A model generated the notes under the pieces. It had not been told where the DNA came from. It was given only the letters and a program-made list of their open reading frames with translations, and did not search any database. The position numbers and the translations under genes were made by a program. This document shows positions 25,289 through 37,337 of a DNA stretch of 64,000 nt, piece by piece. Location of the stretch: contig NC_082714.1 in the NCBI RefSeq assembly GCF_030144855.1, positions 51,646,001 through 51,710,000 on the forward strand. The letters run 5' to 3'. The stretch's first letter is position 1. Each line of letters begins with the position of its first letter. Origin of the DNA: Hypanus sabinus. Taxonomy: Eukaryota.

Positions 25289-25676
25289 AAAGAACGTCTC
25301 AGCAAGAGCTTTCTTCTCTACGGCTCCACCAGGCAATCACAAACCATCACTAAAGGACATTGCTAATGAAGAAGTTGGAGCTATAAAATTTAGCACCAGT
25401 AAGGCAAACAGTCGTGTTTGTTCTGTGGAGAAAGCCATGGGCAGTAGTTATCAGAGATCTTGGTGGGAAGTACTTCCCTTCAGCCTTGCTGGAATTGCAT
25501 TTTTAGCTTGGTGCTTCTTCAGGAAAGAAACTGATACTGATAAAATCATGGAACGAACACTGAGTGACCATTTACCTGACATCGAACTGTTTAAGGCTGA
25601 GCCAGAAGATGCTGAACAACCAGACAATCAACTTAGTAAACAGAGGATGGTAACTCCTGCAATCAGGGACCAATAA
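25289..25676 (+). CDS. UQCC4: Ubiquinol-cytochrome c reductase complex assembly factor 4 (C16orf91 homologue), main coding exon
   Basis: AIKFSTSKANSRVCSVEKAMGSSYQRSWWEVLPFSLAGIAFLAWCFFRKETDTD resembles recalled human [33 protein letters not shown]...WCYLREESEAD; single TM helix; polypyrimidine/AG acceptor ending 25288; AATAAA at 25754 and 25852. Confidence 0.85.
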
Positions 25677-28391
25677 CGTGAATTGTACAAATGGTAAAAC
25701 ACAAAATGTAACTGCTGTCCAGAAGCAAATCACTGCAGAGGTTTGATAGATGAAATAAAACTGAAAGTACTGTGAATATTCAAATAGCCAGACAGCATCT
25801 GTGGAGACAGAACTTACAACATTTCAAATTGATGACCTTTCATTACAACTGAATAAAGTTAAAAATGAACCGTTTTAAGTGGAAGAGTTGGGAAGAAGGG
25901 GCAAACAAAAATGTCTGTGAGATGGTTGAAGCCAAGGGAGAGTGAAAGATACCAATAATAGTGGTGCAAGCTTAGAGAGTGAGAAAGATTAGCAAGGTAT
26001 ATCTGGAAGTGATGTAAATAACAAATTACAAAATTACCACAAAAGATAAAGGTAAAAATATGATGCCGACATTGAATTGGTTGATTAACTTAAAATTATT
26101 GAGTTCTGAAGCCTATAATGTATCTTTTGATCCTGTTAACTTATGTTAAGCGTCACTGGAGGAGTGCAAGACGCTAAATATAGGAGTCAGGTAACATGGA
26201 GATATTTCCTTTCGTGGCAATGTAGGCTTGTTTCATTGCTAACTATTCCCAATTGTGATGAAGGATCGTTGACCTGAAATACTAATTCTGTTACTCCCTC
26301 TACAGATGTTGCCCAACTTGGTAGTCTTTATCACATTTGCTGCTTTTATTTCCTCTAACTGCACACTGTCTGAAGCTCAGTTTAAATCTGTACAGCTTGA
26401 AATGTTATTGTTGGAATATTCCATCCAAGTTCTTGAGATTCTTTCAGAAGCAGAATTTGAGATACAACACTTCATGGTTTTCTTCCGAGAACTAAGCATT
26501 GAATAACCTGCCTCTGAAAGGTACGGGTTATATTCTGTTTGCATCAACTATTCCAATCTATTTCTACACCAGTTGTTCACATTCAAACCTTGATCAGTGT
26601 GTGTGGTTATTCAGTTGCAACTTGTATTATTTAGCTGCTATTTTTGTCTCTTCAAGCTAGTCCAAAATTGTCACTATTTCACCTTGGTCCTAATTTGCAA
26701 TGTTGAGACTGAGCATTTCTATTAATACCTTATTTATAAAGTTTCAATAATCTGGGGAGGGCCTTTGCCTGAGGAACTGAGTTCTTGGGAGAAAATATTT
26801 AAACTATGAGTAGTTTCAGGTTTTCACATTCTCATATTCTCTTATTATTGATGATGATAATGTCAGTCTGATATTGCAGTTTAACCACAGCATGTTAATA
26901 GTGGAAGTGAAGTAAGGCATGGCAGGTTTTGGCGAAGTAATGCAACTTCCCTTGTGAATCTGTGGGCAGATGGTAACAATAAGCCATATATATCTCAGCC
27001 TTGTGTCCTCCTCTATATTCAACTTGAAGCATGTGTCCATTTAATTCAAAGCCCAAAAAGATGTAGAGGGATTTGTACTGAATGAGTGAAAGGTGGTTGG
27101 TGGTGTTTTAGAAGTGAGGAAGACAGGCAGGTGAGTCTTTTGAATATTGTCCTTTTAATATGCATGTCATTGTACATCTTAGGATAGGATCATCTGATCT
27201 AAAGCCTGCTTTACCATCTGTAAATACATTAATGCTAATGTTTCTCACCTCCATCTTGTTACACCATAAATGCTGGAATGCAGCATGTTTCTAGATATGT
27301 AAAGCAACATTAATCAGGTAAAACTAACACAGGAATCATTGGTATAGACAGTCTGTCAGGTGGAAATGTAAGAAATGTGATACAAAGGAACCATTTGCAT
27401 TTGATCATTGTGATTGTTCTAAGTTTTTTTAAACTGAAGTACTTCTGTAATTATATTTTTGAAACAAGAACTGGAATATTGTTGTGAACTCTTTCGTATG
27501 GCTCCATCAGCAGGTCCTTCACAATGTTCATAGTGGACTGGGAAATACAAAACCAGAAATAAAACCATAGTAGAAATCTGGTATTTCAATTAACAGCAAT
27601 ATCTTGGTTGGCCGATTGTTTCCCTCCCCATTTTTTCCAACTTTATACAAGTTCTCAATTCCACCTTCCCACATGTTTAAAATGCATATTCTTGATTATG
27701 TGAAGACTGGGATCTAAAATGTTCTACAGAGTACAATACTTCATATTTTGGAAGGATAGACATATAAAATAAGGATGACGGGGTGTGTGTTGGGCAATGA
27801 TAGTTCATACAAAATAAAAACAACATGCTAGAAAAAATACCAGGGCAGGCAGTCCCTGTGGAAAAGAAACAGATTTAAAGGCTCATGTCAAAAAACCTTC
27901 AGGACTTGTTAAAAATAAAGCTTTCCTGAAGGCAATTTAGAACTTTGCTCACCAACAGCTTCATGAGCAATAAATACATAAATTCAAAACAGCTTCCACC
28001 TTTCAAAATAAAACTTTGAATTTGAAGAAATGCCATTTGACATAGTTGAGGTAGTGAACTTAGAACCTCAGTGGAAACAACCTCCCCCCCCCAAAAAAAA
28101 TCTAGCAATACAAAGTTTGCAGTTCCCATGTGTGATATAAAAATAAAATACAGACTTAAGATACAAAATATTTTATTTTGAAACCTGAGCCAAGTGTCAT
28201 GGAATGTTTACAAAATAATCTGCTACTTCAATGTTGCAAGTTGCTGTCAATACTAACAAAAATATGAAACATGGCCTAGCCTTAACAAGTCAAGATTGTA
28301 GTCCAAAAATGCTTTAGAAATGATCATTTTCAAATACCGATTCCAAAATACATTTAACTTCCAGAGAACTTTTTTCACATAGTGCATAATT

Positions 28392-28526
<135 letters not shown>

Positions 28527-29124
28527 TTAAGTTAAATCTTTCATTAAAAAAATTGTAATAACTTAACATTTACCTTCTTATAGATTTACCTTTATATTCT
28601 AACTTACAATGAGTCAAAATCCCACGGTAAAACATTATAAATTGCCTGGGATTCACCCCACCCCCCCACCCATGTAACATGCTCATGGTTTGTTCCTTCC
28701 ACATTATCCATTCATTTCCTTGAAAGTTTGAGCCAAGCCAAGCCTGGCTAGAGAACAGAATTAGACATAGTCCCAAAGAAATCTCAAACATTGATGTTAT
28801 ATCCTCAAAAGGAATGTGTAATACCAGGCACTAGTAACCAATGGCAGCAAGTTTTAAATTCTTGATAGGACTGTACAAATTAAACAAGTTCAGAATTGAA
28901 GTGTACTTGAAACTGATGCAGGACTCTACATGCAAACATTAAATGTATTTCACATCTAATCAGCAGACGACAAGTACTTACTGTAAGTGACTGGATAATG
29001 GCCTTAACTATCCTTTAACTATCTCCAACAACCTATGCAAGGCATGGGTTTGGTCATAAGTATTATATAAAATCAATATCTAGGTATTCGAGCCTACAGT
29101 TATAGGCACAAACAGAATTACTCA

Positions 29125-29358
<234 letters not shown>

Positions 29359-29584
29359 TTATCAAAGCAGTCAGGTTAAGCCAAAGTAGTTTCAGCTGAC
29401 ATTTCTCCAGTGCCATAAGAGAAACCAAAGTAACCACAAAATACTCATAGCATGATCTCTCTGCACTTTCCGTTCTCATATCTGTGCTTACCTACATAAT
29501 CCTTTCCGAAGAAGAGCATTCCCAGTTGGTTGTGTGGCTGGCAGCAAATTAGCGCATCCACATTTACACAACAGTTCTTTCAGC

Positions 29585-29745
29585 CACACAAAATACTAGA
29601 ACGCAGCAAGTCAGGCAGCTTCTACAGAGGGGAAGAAACAGTCGACATTTCGGGCTGAAACCCTTCATCAGGACTGGGAAGGAAGGGGGTAGAAGCCAGA
29701 AAAACGAGGTGTTGGGGTGGGGAAAGAGTATAAGGTGGCAAGTGA
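29585..29745 (-). mobile_element. Penelope-derived short tail with hammerhead motif, in an H3.3 intron
   Basis: Minus strand CAGTC-CTGATGA-AGGGTTTCAGCCC-GAAATGTC-GACTG (29639-29676). Confidence 0.6.
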
Positions 29746-30047
29746 TACTTAAGATCAGGTGATAGTTTTACTGCCGTCTTTGGTTGCAGCTAAGATCAAC
29801 GATACTTTAAAGATCAGTTGACAAGTGACAAGTATACAGAAAGTAAATTGTTTCTGTATATCGAATGGCATTAGCCTCTTCTTGCATATGTATCTGCAGT
29901 TTGAAGATATCACCGATATAGTTTCATGCAAGAAAAAACATAAAAATGCCATGTCCTCAAAGACAACTTCTGGCTGAGGGGCTGAATGTGCATGCCTAAA
30001 ATAACAAGTCCTTTTGAAAGACAGAAAGACTTCTGTTTGTCAAAAGG

Positions 30048-30245
30048 GTGGCACACTTGTGTAGCAGCTAGCATAATGCCATTACAGTGCCAGCAACCTG
30101 GGTTCAGTTCTGCCACCATCAGTAAGGAGAAAGTATGTTCTCCCCAAAACTGCGTATTGGTTAGTTGGTCAATTGATCCACGTGTGTATTTGAATGGTGT
30201 TGGACTGGGTGGGCTTGTTACTGGGCTGTATCTCTAAATAAATAA
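30048..30245 (+). mobile_element. V-SINE (internally deleted)
   Basis: tRNA-like head (GGGTTCAGTTC B-box-like) and CTGTATCTCTAAATAAATAAA tail. Confidence 0.6.
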
Positions 30246-32137
30246 AAAGTTAATAATATTCATAAACAATAAAAAATAATCTTCAAAATTTCAGAATAAA
30301 AATAATGCATTAAAACTTGGACCATAGTAGAAAACAAATCTATTTAATTGAGTTGACTCAATTAATTGTAAATATGTATAATGTTAATAAAATGGAAACA
30401 ATACAAATCTTGACTTACTCATTGTCATTTTTCTTCATTGAAATGAATGTGCTTGTCACCAATATTTCAATTACCTGTCATTTTAAACAGTATCCCACTT
30501 CATTGGGAAAAACACAGTGATGGGCCTCTCTTCAACACCCTTCCTACTGTCCCCTCATCCCAAACAAGGCATTGGCACTTGCTGGATTATATTATCCTCC
30601 AAGTGAGGAACAGCAAGGTAATTTATATGAACATGCCATTTCATTACAAGTGCTGATAACATTGCCTACCTGACTATTCTGTCTACCATACTAGTTTCAA
30701 GGCAGCAGCAAAAGAAATCAATGTTGGAGATCTCAATGATAAAATAACTTGTGTTCTGCTTTTAACCTTTCTACCAAGAAACAGCTCATTTGATGAGAAT
30801 GATTACATCACCAAGGAGCTAACCATCTGCAAGCACAACCTATTCTTGAATTGGAAACTTTGACCTGAAACATCAAGGGAAAGAAATGGACGTCCAGCAA
30901 ATGGCCAACAGAAAGTGCTACACTTAAAGAACAGATAGTGGATGGACAGAACAAAGTCTGCAACATAAATCATAACATGTACAGATTCTTTAGTGTTCAA
31001 TACCAGCGTTTCAGTAGCAGACTGTGTCCTTAATGCAATTCTAAATTTGTCAGAGTAGACCTTCAGACGAATTTACAATTTCATTTCTCCATTATTTTAA
31101 GGCAGGAGGGAGGAAATTTCAGCCAATAAAGTCAATACTAGCTCAAGAATAGCTATTCTATTCCTCATTAATTTTCCATGCAACCTATAAAGCCAAACAA
31201 TCCACATATCCTTGGGATATTGGGAGAAGCCAAAGGGCCTGGGAAAAATCAACATTGTTGCATCAGAAGAGAAGCGCACATCACTTCCCAAGCTGTCCAT
31301 GGAGGTTAAGCCTTTCATACCTGTGAAGATATCACATTGACCTCATCACTGGAGTGGGAAGTACATGGCTCAGCTGCTCGAAGTAGTTCTCTGGAGTACA
31401 AATGCACCAGCTTTAGACATTCAACCACCCCGGGATCCATTTTCAATTCTTCCTTTCTCCTCTACTGCCATTTCAAAGTTTATCTCCCCCATTTTCGGTC
31501 TGCCCCACTGCCACCCGTATCGCTGATGCACACCAAATAACAGACCATCGGACTTCTCTCTACAGTTTTAATCTTCCCCCGTTTCTGGTGATAAGTCAGC
31601 AGCAACCTGGAAAGTTAACTGTTCCTCTCTCCACAAATGCTACCTGCCTTGAGTATTATAAAAAACAACACTCACAAAATGCTGAAGGAACTCAGCAGGT
31701 CAGGCCGCTTTTATGAAAATTAATAAACGGTCGACGAATCATCACACTGTTTTTGTTTCATAAACTGCGTTCACGTTACAATTTCAACAGGCAAATTAAT
31801 CCAGTGAAAGTGCAGGGAGTCTGTGGGGACTCTGTGACTCTGTGGGCAGCCCAACATCAAAAACAACCGAAGTGACGGGGACGGCTCTGGAAGATTTCTA
31901 CATTGACCCGAAGTGGTCAATAAGTGCCTCCTATTGTCAATCTGGCCCTCTCAGCAGGAGACTTTACAGACTGGAACACATTAACTAAAAGACAATTTGA
32001 ACCAGAGGCTCAGTTAAAACAACTCAGGGAATAAGGTACAAGTAATTATAGACCGTAAAGAAGGGCATCCATTAATTGGGAATTATTCCATGACCTTAAG
32101 AAACGGGAGGGAGGCAGTACAAGCCGGAGTCCACTCA

Positions 32138-32272
<135 letters not shown>

Positions 32273-32689
32273 TCATAGGATCTGTAGACACGGACGGAAA
32301 GATTAAAACTTCACTACGTTCAACTTTACGTCGCCAGTCTCCAGGGCCTCTCCACTCACACACCAGCCTGCCTGCATTTCGTGGCGGCGCTGTGGCTCCA
32401 AAGGGGAGTGTGGGGGGCGGGTCTCCGACTCGAATTCTTGCAATGAAATGGCGGTCGCATAACCCTGCTCAACCTCCCGATGGCAAAACTTTCATCTCAG
32501 AGCCCAGCCAAACCGTACTTAATATCCTGGTACGGATCACGGTGGCATACGTTGACAATAAAATTAACCTCTGAATAGATAATGGTCTATCATTGTTTAT
32601 TCCCACCCACGCCCCGAATCTGAACCTGCACGGAATAGTACACATAATCCAATGGCAAAAAATATTCACGCAAAATAGTACGAAGACAG

Positions 32690-33080
32690 AAAGACCAATC
32701 AGAGACATTGCTATTACAAATCTCTACTGAGAATTTAACGCACAAGGTTTACAAATCTTCATACACACTCAGGCTGCCGCACTCTACTTTTGAGTCACGT
32801 TTGACGTCATTCCAGGGTCAACGTTCCTTAAAGCCCATTGGCCAAAGCTGCTTAAGCAATTGGACTGACAGTAAACAACGCTGGCTCCGCCCCATCAGTG
32901 TTTAATTCCCACCTTGATTTTAAAAGAGGAATCGCTTCAGCATTTTTAAAATTCCAAAACAAAAATTTAGATTATTCACTTATCGTTTTGAATTCAGATT
33001 GATATTTGGAACCTAACGTTACTGGAAACTGAACAAATTAATTAAATCCGATGGTTTGGAGGTAACCACCAATCGGACGT
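32690..33080 (-). promoter_or_regulatory. Putative H3.3 promoter region
   Basis: TGAGTCA (32791-32797), TGACGTCA (32802-32809), CCAAT/ATTGG boxes (32695, 32837, 32859, 33069), GC box CTCCGCCCC (32885-32893); CpG-retaining. Confidence 0.55.
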
Positions 33081-33799
33081 TGCTGATGAAAGGCGGCCAG
33101 TCCACGTTTGCTCTCTACTGTTCTCGTAAAGAGAGGAGAGATAGTCATGTTTTATGAGACACATTCCCATTCTCTCCTTGACCCTGCGGACAATTCCCTG
33201 GTCAGGCCGAGGTACAGTCCTGGAGTTGTTCATCCTGTAATTTAATCAGCCCTGCACTCACTAGCCCCCTCTTAAAAAATCAACGTCCGTTTCCAGATCT
33301 CATTTTACACTTCGTTTATATATGCCACGATAAAAGTGTTGCGATTCTGTGGAATACCCTTACATATTTCTCCTCCGCGACGAAAAACTATATTTCGACC
33401 TGGAGGCGGCCCAGTTGAAGCAGCTTTCAAGCAAGACTTCTCTTTAAAACACCGCCCCTCATCCACTCAACAGTCTCTACACAACATATATTCCTGTCAT
33501 TTTTGTATTAGAAATTCAAGTCGGAATTCGGCAGTTTGCAGAGTTGCAACATTCCAGAAATAACCGTGTAAACTAATGGGGTTAGAGCTGAGCATAACAT
33601 GAGTGACGCAGTGTATTGCGGTTACTGAATAATTCAGAGTTGAGTATCATTTCATCTTATTTGGCCATTAACACAAATAGACAAACAAAATGAGGAAATT
33701 CCCAAAAGGTGCTTTAAAGTACAAAGTACAAGAAAGGAATAGGGCCGATACGGGACCAAAATAGATAACCCAAGTACAGAGGCTGAGGATGTGGTAAAA

Positions 33800-34770
33800 T
33801 GAATACGTTGCCACTGTTTACACAAAAGATGCTAATCGGGTAGTTGAAGAGGAAGTGTGAAATAGTGATGGCAGAAGCAAAGAGAGGAAGCATTAAATTT
33901 AGAAACACTTAAAATGGCTAAATCATCAGTCTTGAAATATACCAGACAATTACACATAGCAAAGGAGCAAATTCTGGACGCCCTAACTCCATCAAAAAAA
34001 TTCAACTTTGAATTATTGTAGAAAAGAGATAATCTGCTTGGTTTAACTAAAAAGCTAGTTACTTTAATTAGTCCCAAATAAATTATTAGAATTAATTTAA
34101 GAGGATTTCTAAAGCTATATCTGAAACACAAAGATTTAACAAGAGTATTCCACATGGATTTCTCCAGGAAGGGTCCTGTCTGGCTAACCTTTATTCAATA
34201 TTTCCTGGAAAGAATGAAGTACTATATATAGATTTTCTAAAGGCAAGGGCCCAGTGGGCAGGCCGGTCAAATATATAAGGCCCTAGCAGTCCTGGGGAGA
34301 TAAACCAATTTTGGATAAAAATTTGCTAAGGGACAGGAAGAATGCAATGGTTGATATACGCTTACATGACTGTAACACTGTGGCCCAATGGGGTTTCATG
34401 AGGTTAATATGTGGTTGTTCCATTCAGTAATATTAAGATTTGAAATATAATAGGACAAATTATATGGTTAGAGACATGGAAAGCTTTCCTCTCTTAGATG
34501 AGCTACTGAATATAAGAACATGAAAGGTGTAGTAAAATAACATAGATTAGTTGTTAAGACACAGCTTGAGTGCTGCACACAGTCAAGGTCAAAGCAAAGC
34601 TGGAGAGGGTGCTAAGGAGGCATAAATGGAAATTACCAGGAATGGAAAATTTTAGCTATAAGGCGGGATTCATTTTTCACCAACAGGGGAGATTGAATGG
34701 AGATTTCACTGAAGTGAATGTTTGACCCAGTGAGGACCTTTTTCACTCAAGTACAGAGGGGCATACATTT
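33800..34770 (+). mobile_element. Highly degraded CR1 LINE remnant
   Basis: Patchy similarity to the ORF2 of 45020-48468 (AAATCATCAG..., CACATGGATTT...GGAAGGGTCCTGTCTGGCTAACCT). Confidence 0.5.
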
Positions 34771-36164
34771 AAAAGTAACTAAAGTAAATTCAAATTTCAA
34801 AGTAAGTTTATTATGAAAGTACATACATGTCACCATATGCAACCCTGAGATTCATTTTCTTGCAGGCATACTCAATAAATCCATAATAGAATCAATGAAA
34901 GACCACACCGACTTGGGTGTTCAACCAGAGCACAGAAGACAACTGTGTAAATACAAAAATAAATAATAATAAATAAAATTGATAAATTATAAGAGATTGT
35001 CTATGCTGATTAATTAAACTTTGAAAATTCAATCATACTTTTATTCACTTGTGCACAAGGAAAACAGCATGGCCCTTGTCACTACAATGTTCTGAAGTTG
35101 GAACAGAGAAATGCCTTTATTAAAAAGAACTGACTAGCAGTTACAGATATTCATCATTTCAATAGTTCCATTTAATATCAGAGAATGAATACAATATGCA
35201 ACCTGAAATTCTTACTCTCCGCAGATATCCTCGAAACAGAAGATAAAAACCTACAGAATCAATGACAGAACAAAAACACAAGAAATCCCAAAGCACCCTC
35301 CCACACACAACCATCATCCCTCCCCCTCATTATTCTAGTGTAAAACATCAGCATACCCAGCACTCAACATGCAAGCAAAAGCAAAGCCCCCCATAGAGAG
35401 ACCATGGTCTACAGTCCAACAAAAACTAACAGTTCAATGCAACATTTCAACATCCCGCAGGCTTTCCTCTGTCTCTCCCTCTGTTAGTCAGATATTGCTC
35501 CTTCCACAGTGACAGGGGAAGACACCAGTTGCTATATCAATGTTGCAGTCAGTCTGAAGCATTGCTTTTTTTTATTTAGATTTCCCCGACTTGATTGTAG
35601 AGCCCCCGATAGCCACTCCCACTCTTCGATGTTCCAGCCCCCGCTACACTTTAGTATGCGACACCTGTGAGAATTCGGGTCCACAGGCTCCAAAGATGCC
35701 TGACTTCAGGCCAAACCTGGATATACTGAAATGTGTCCGATTGGCGAGTTCCAAGCACAGGAATATACTATTGTGCAAAACTGCAGTTTTTGAGTGCCAC
35801 TGTAGATCAAAGATCCCAATAGGACTCCAGCCATCCTGAAAAGAATGGTAGAGACATTAGAATAGGAAGAATTTAACTGTTTTGCTGATGAGCTGGGAGA
35901 AGTCGTTCTTTGGCACATTTTTAACTCAGCCCTCTGATAAATTGTATGTTTCAATTCCTTACTTGCAAAAATCAATCACCATTCACAATGCAGATGTTAA
36001 GTCAATGGAAACTATAAGCCAACAACTTTGATACTTTGAAATTAATCAAGAAATCGCCCCTTGATTCCTTCATTTATATGTTGTATTCTTATCTCATCTT
36101 AGTAAAGTCTGGTTCGCTGCTGTAAAAAGGAAAGCTGGGCTTTTCAAAGACCTTCTTTACCTTG

Positions 36165-36593
36165 TGAGAGAAATGATTCTTAAGGAGTCCATTTAGAATG
36201 TGCTGACACAGAAAGAACGTGCAAAGCAACTTGCAGGGCAACGTATAAACCAATTTGCAAAATCAGGATGAAACAATAGCTTGCTGATTAAAGAAGCGAT
36301 ACAGGTAACGGGAAGACATGCTTAACGGTTGAACAATAACGGTGTTAATGCGCTGAGGCTGATAAGTGGGCCAAAGGGTAGTCACATTTGTAATTTTGTA
36401 ATGAGATTAAGGAAGAATGTCTGCACCTCACATGGGTGCAACTCACAAAATTGTAAACAAGTAGGGTATAAAAAACTGTGCAAAGTGTAATTCGGCACTC
36501 AATCTAGCAGGAGCTGGTTGGGTCCGACTCTGCAGACTCGAAAAATAAAGTTTACCGTTCTGCAAATTGCTGAGACTCAGTGTGTTTCTGACA
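36165..36593 (+). mobile_element. Solo LTR (ERV- or Gypsy-like)
   Basis: TG...CA termini (TGAGAGAAA / TTTCTGACA), 5-bp TSD CCTTG (36160-36164, 36594-36598), TATAAAA at 36467, AATAAA at 36544. Confidence 0.7.
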
Positions 36594-37099
36594 CCTTGCC
36601 ACATCTTCTACAAGAAAAAAATGCTTTTGCCCAAAGAATGGCAATGGTCTGAGACAGCAGACTGAAACTGTGGAAAAGAACAGCAAGCACTGAAATCCCT
36701 TGTTTAAAAGAAAACTGACTATTTGAAGAACTACAAGTAAACAGATCAATTGCTGGAACTGGGACTAGGCTGGGAAGCTTTTTTTAAATTGATACAGAAA
36801 CAGGTTGAATAGAATCCTGAGTTGTAACATTTTTTGCAATTCAGCTTTTAAACTTTTATTGGACAGTCAGTGTTCAACTGAAGCTGCAAGCATGGCCTGG
36901 AAATGAGCAAATGATTAAATACATCCTCAAGCTGATTGTGACTCCATATTCTTATGGTAACCTTTACCCTCAATGATATTAAGTTCGAAGTACATTTATT
37001 ATCAAAGTATGTATACATTATACAACCTTGAAATTTGTCTCCTCACAGGTAACCAGAAAACAAAGAAACACCAATGAAATCATTAAAAGAAAAGACCAC

Positions 37100-37311
37100 T
37101 GTGGTGAACTATGTGCCTGTCGGGACACGCCCCTGCTGACTGCTCCTGTGGCTCCTCCCACAGGCCCCTGTATAAAGGAGACCTGCGGCCTGAAGATCGG
37201 CCTCAGTCTCCAGGACCTTGTATGATAGACACTCACTCCTGGTTCCTTCTTCCAGTCAATAAAAGCTGATATCTCGCCTACGTCTCAGTGTGAGTTATTG
37301 ATGGTGCATCA
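37100..37311 (+). repeat. 5' LTR
   Basis: TGTGGTG...GCATCA; TATAAA at 37171; AATAAA at 37258. Confidence 0.97.
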
Positions 37312-37337
37312 ATTTTATTGACTGGAAGTTTTAAAAC

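Noticed and set aside
32282-32359. Short 78-nt first intron of H3.3 (donor GTGAGT at 32359)
   Set aside because: Plausible but unsupported; promoter motifs lie ~400-700 bp further upstream, so non-coding exon 1 cannot be placed from sequence alone.
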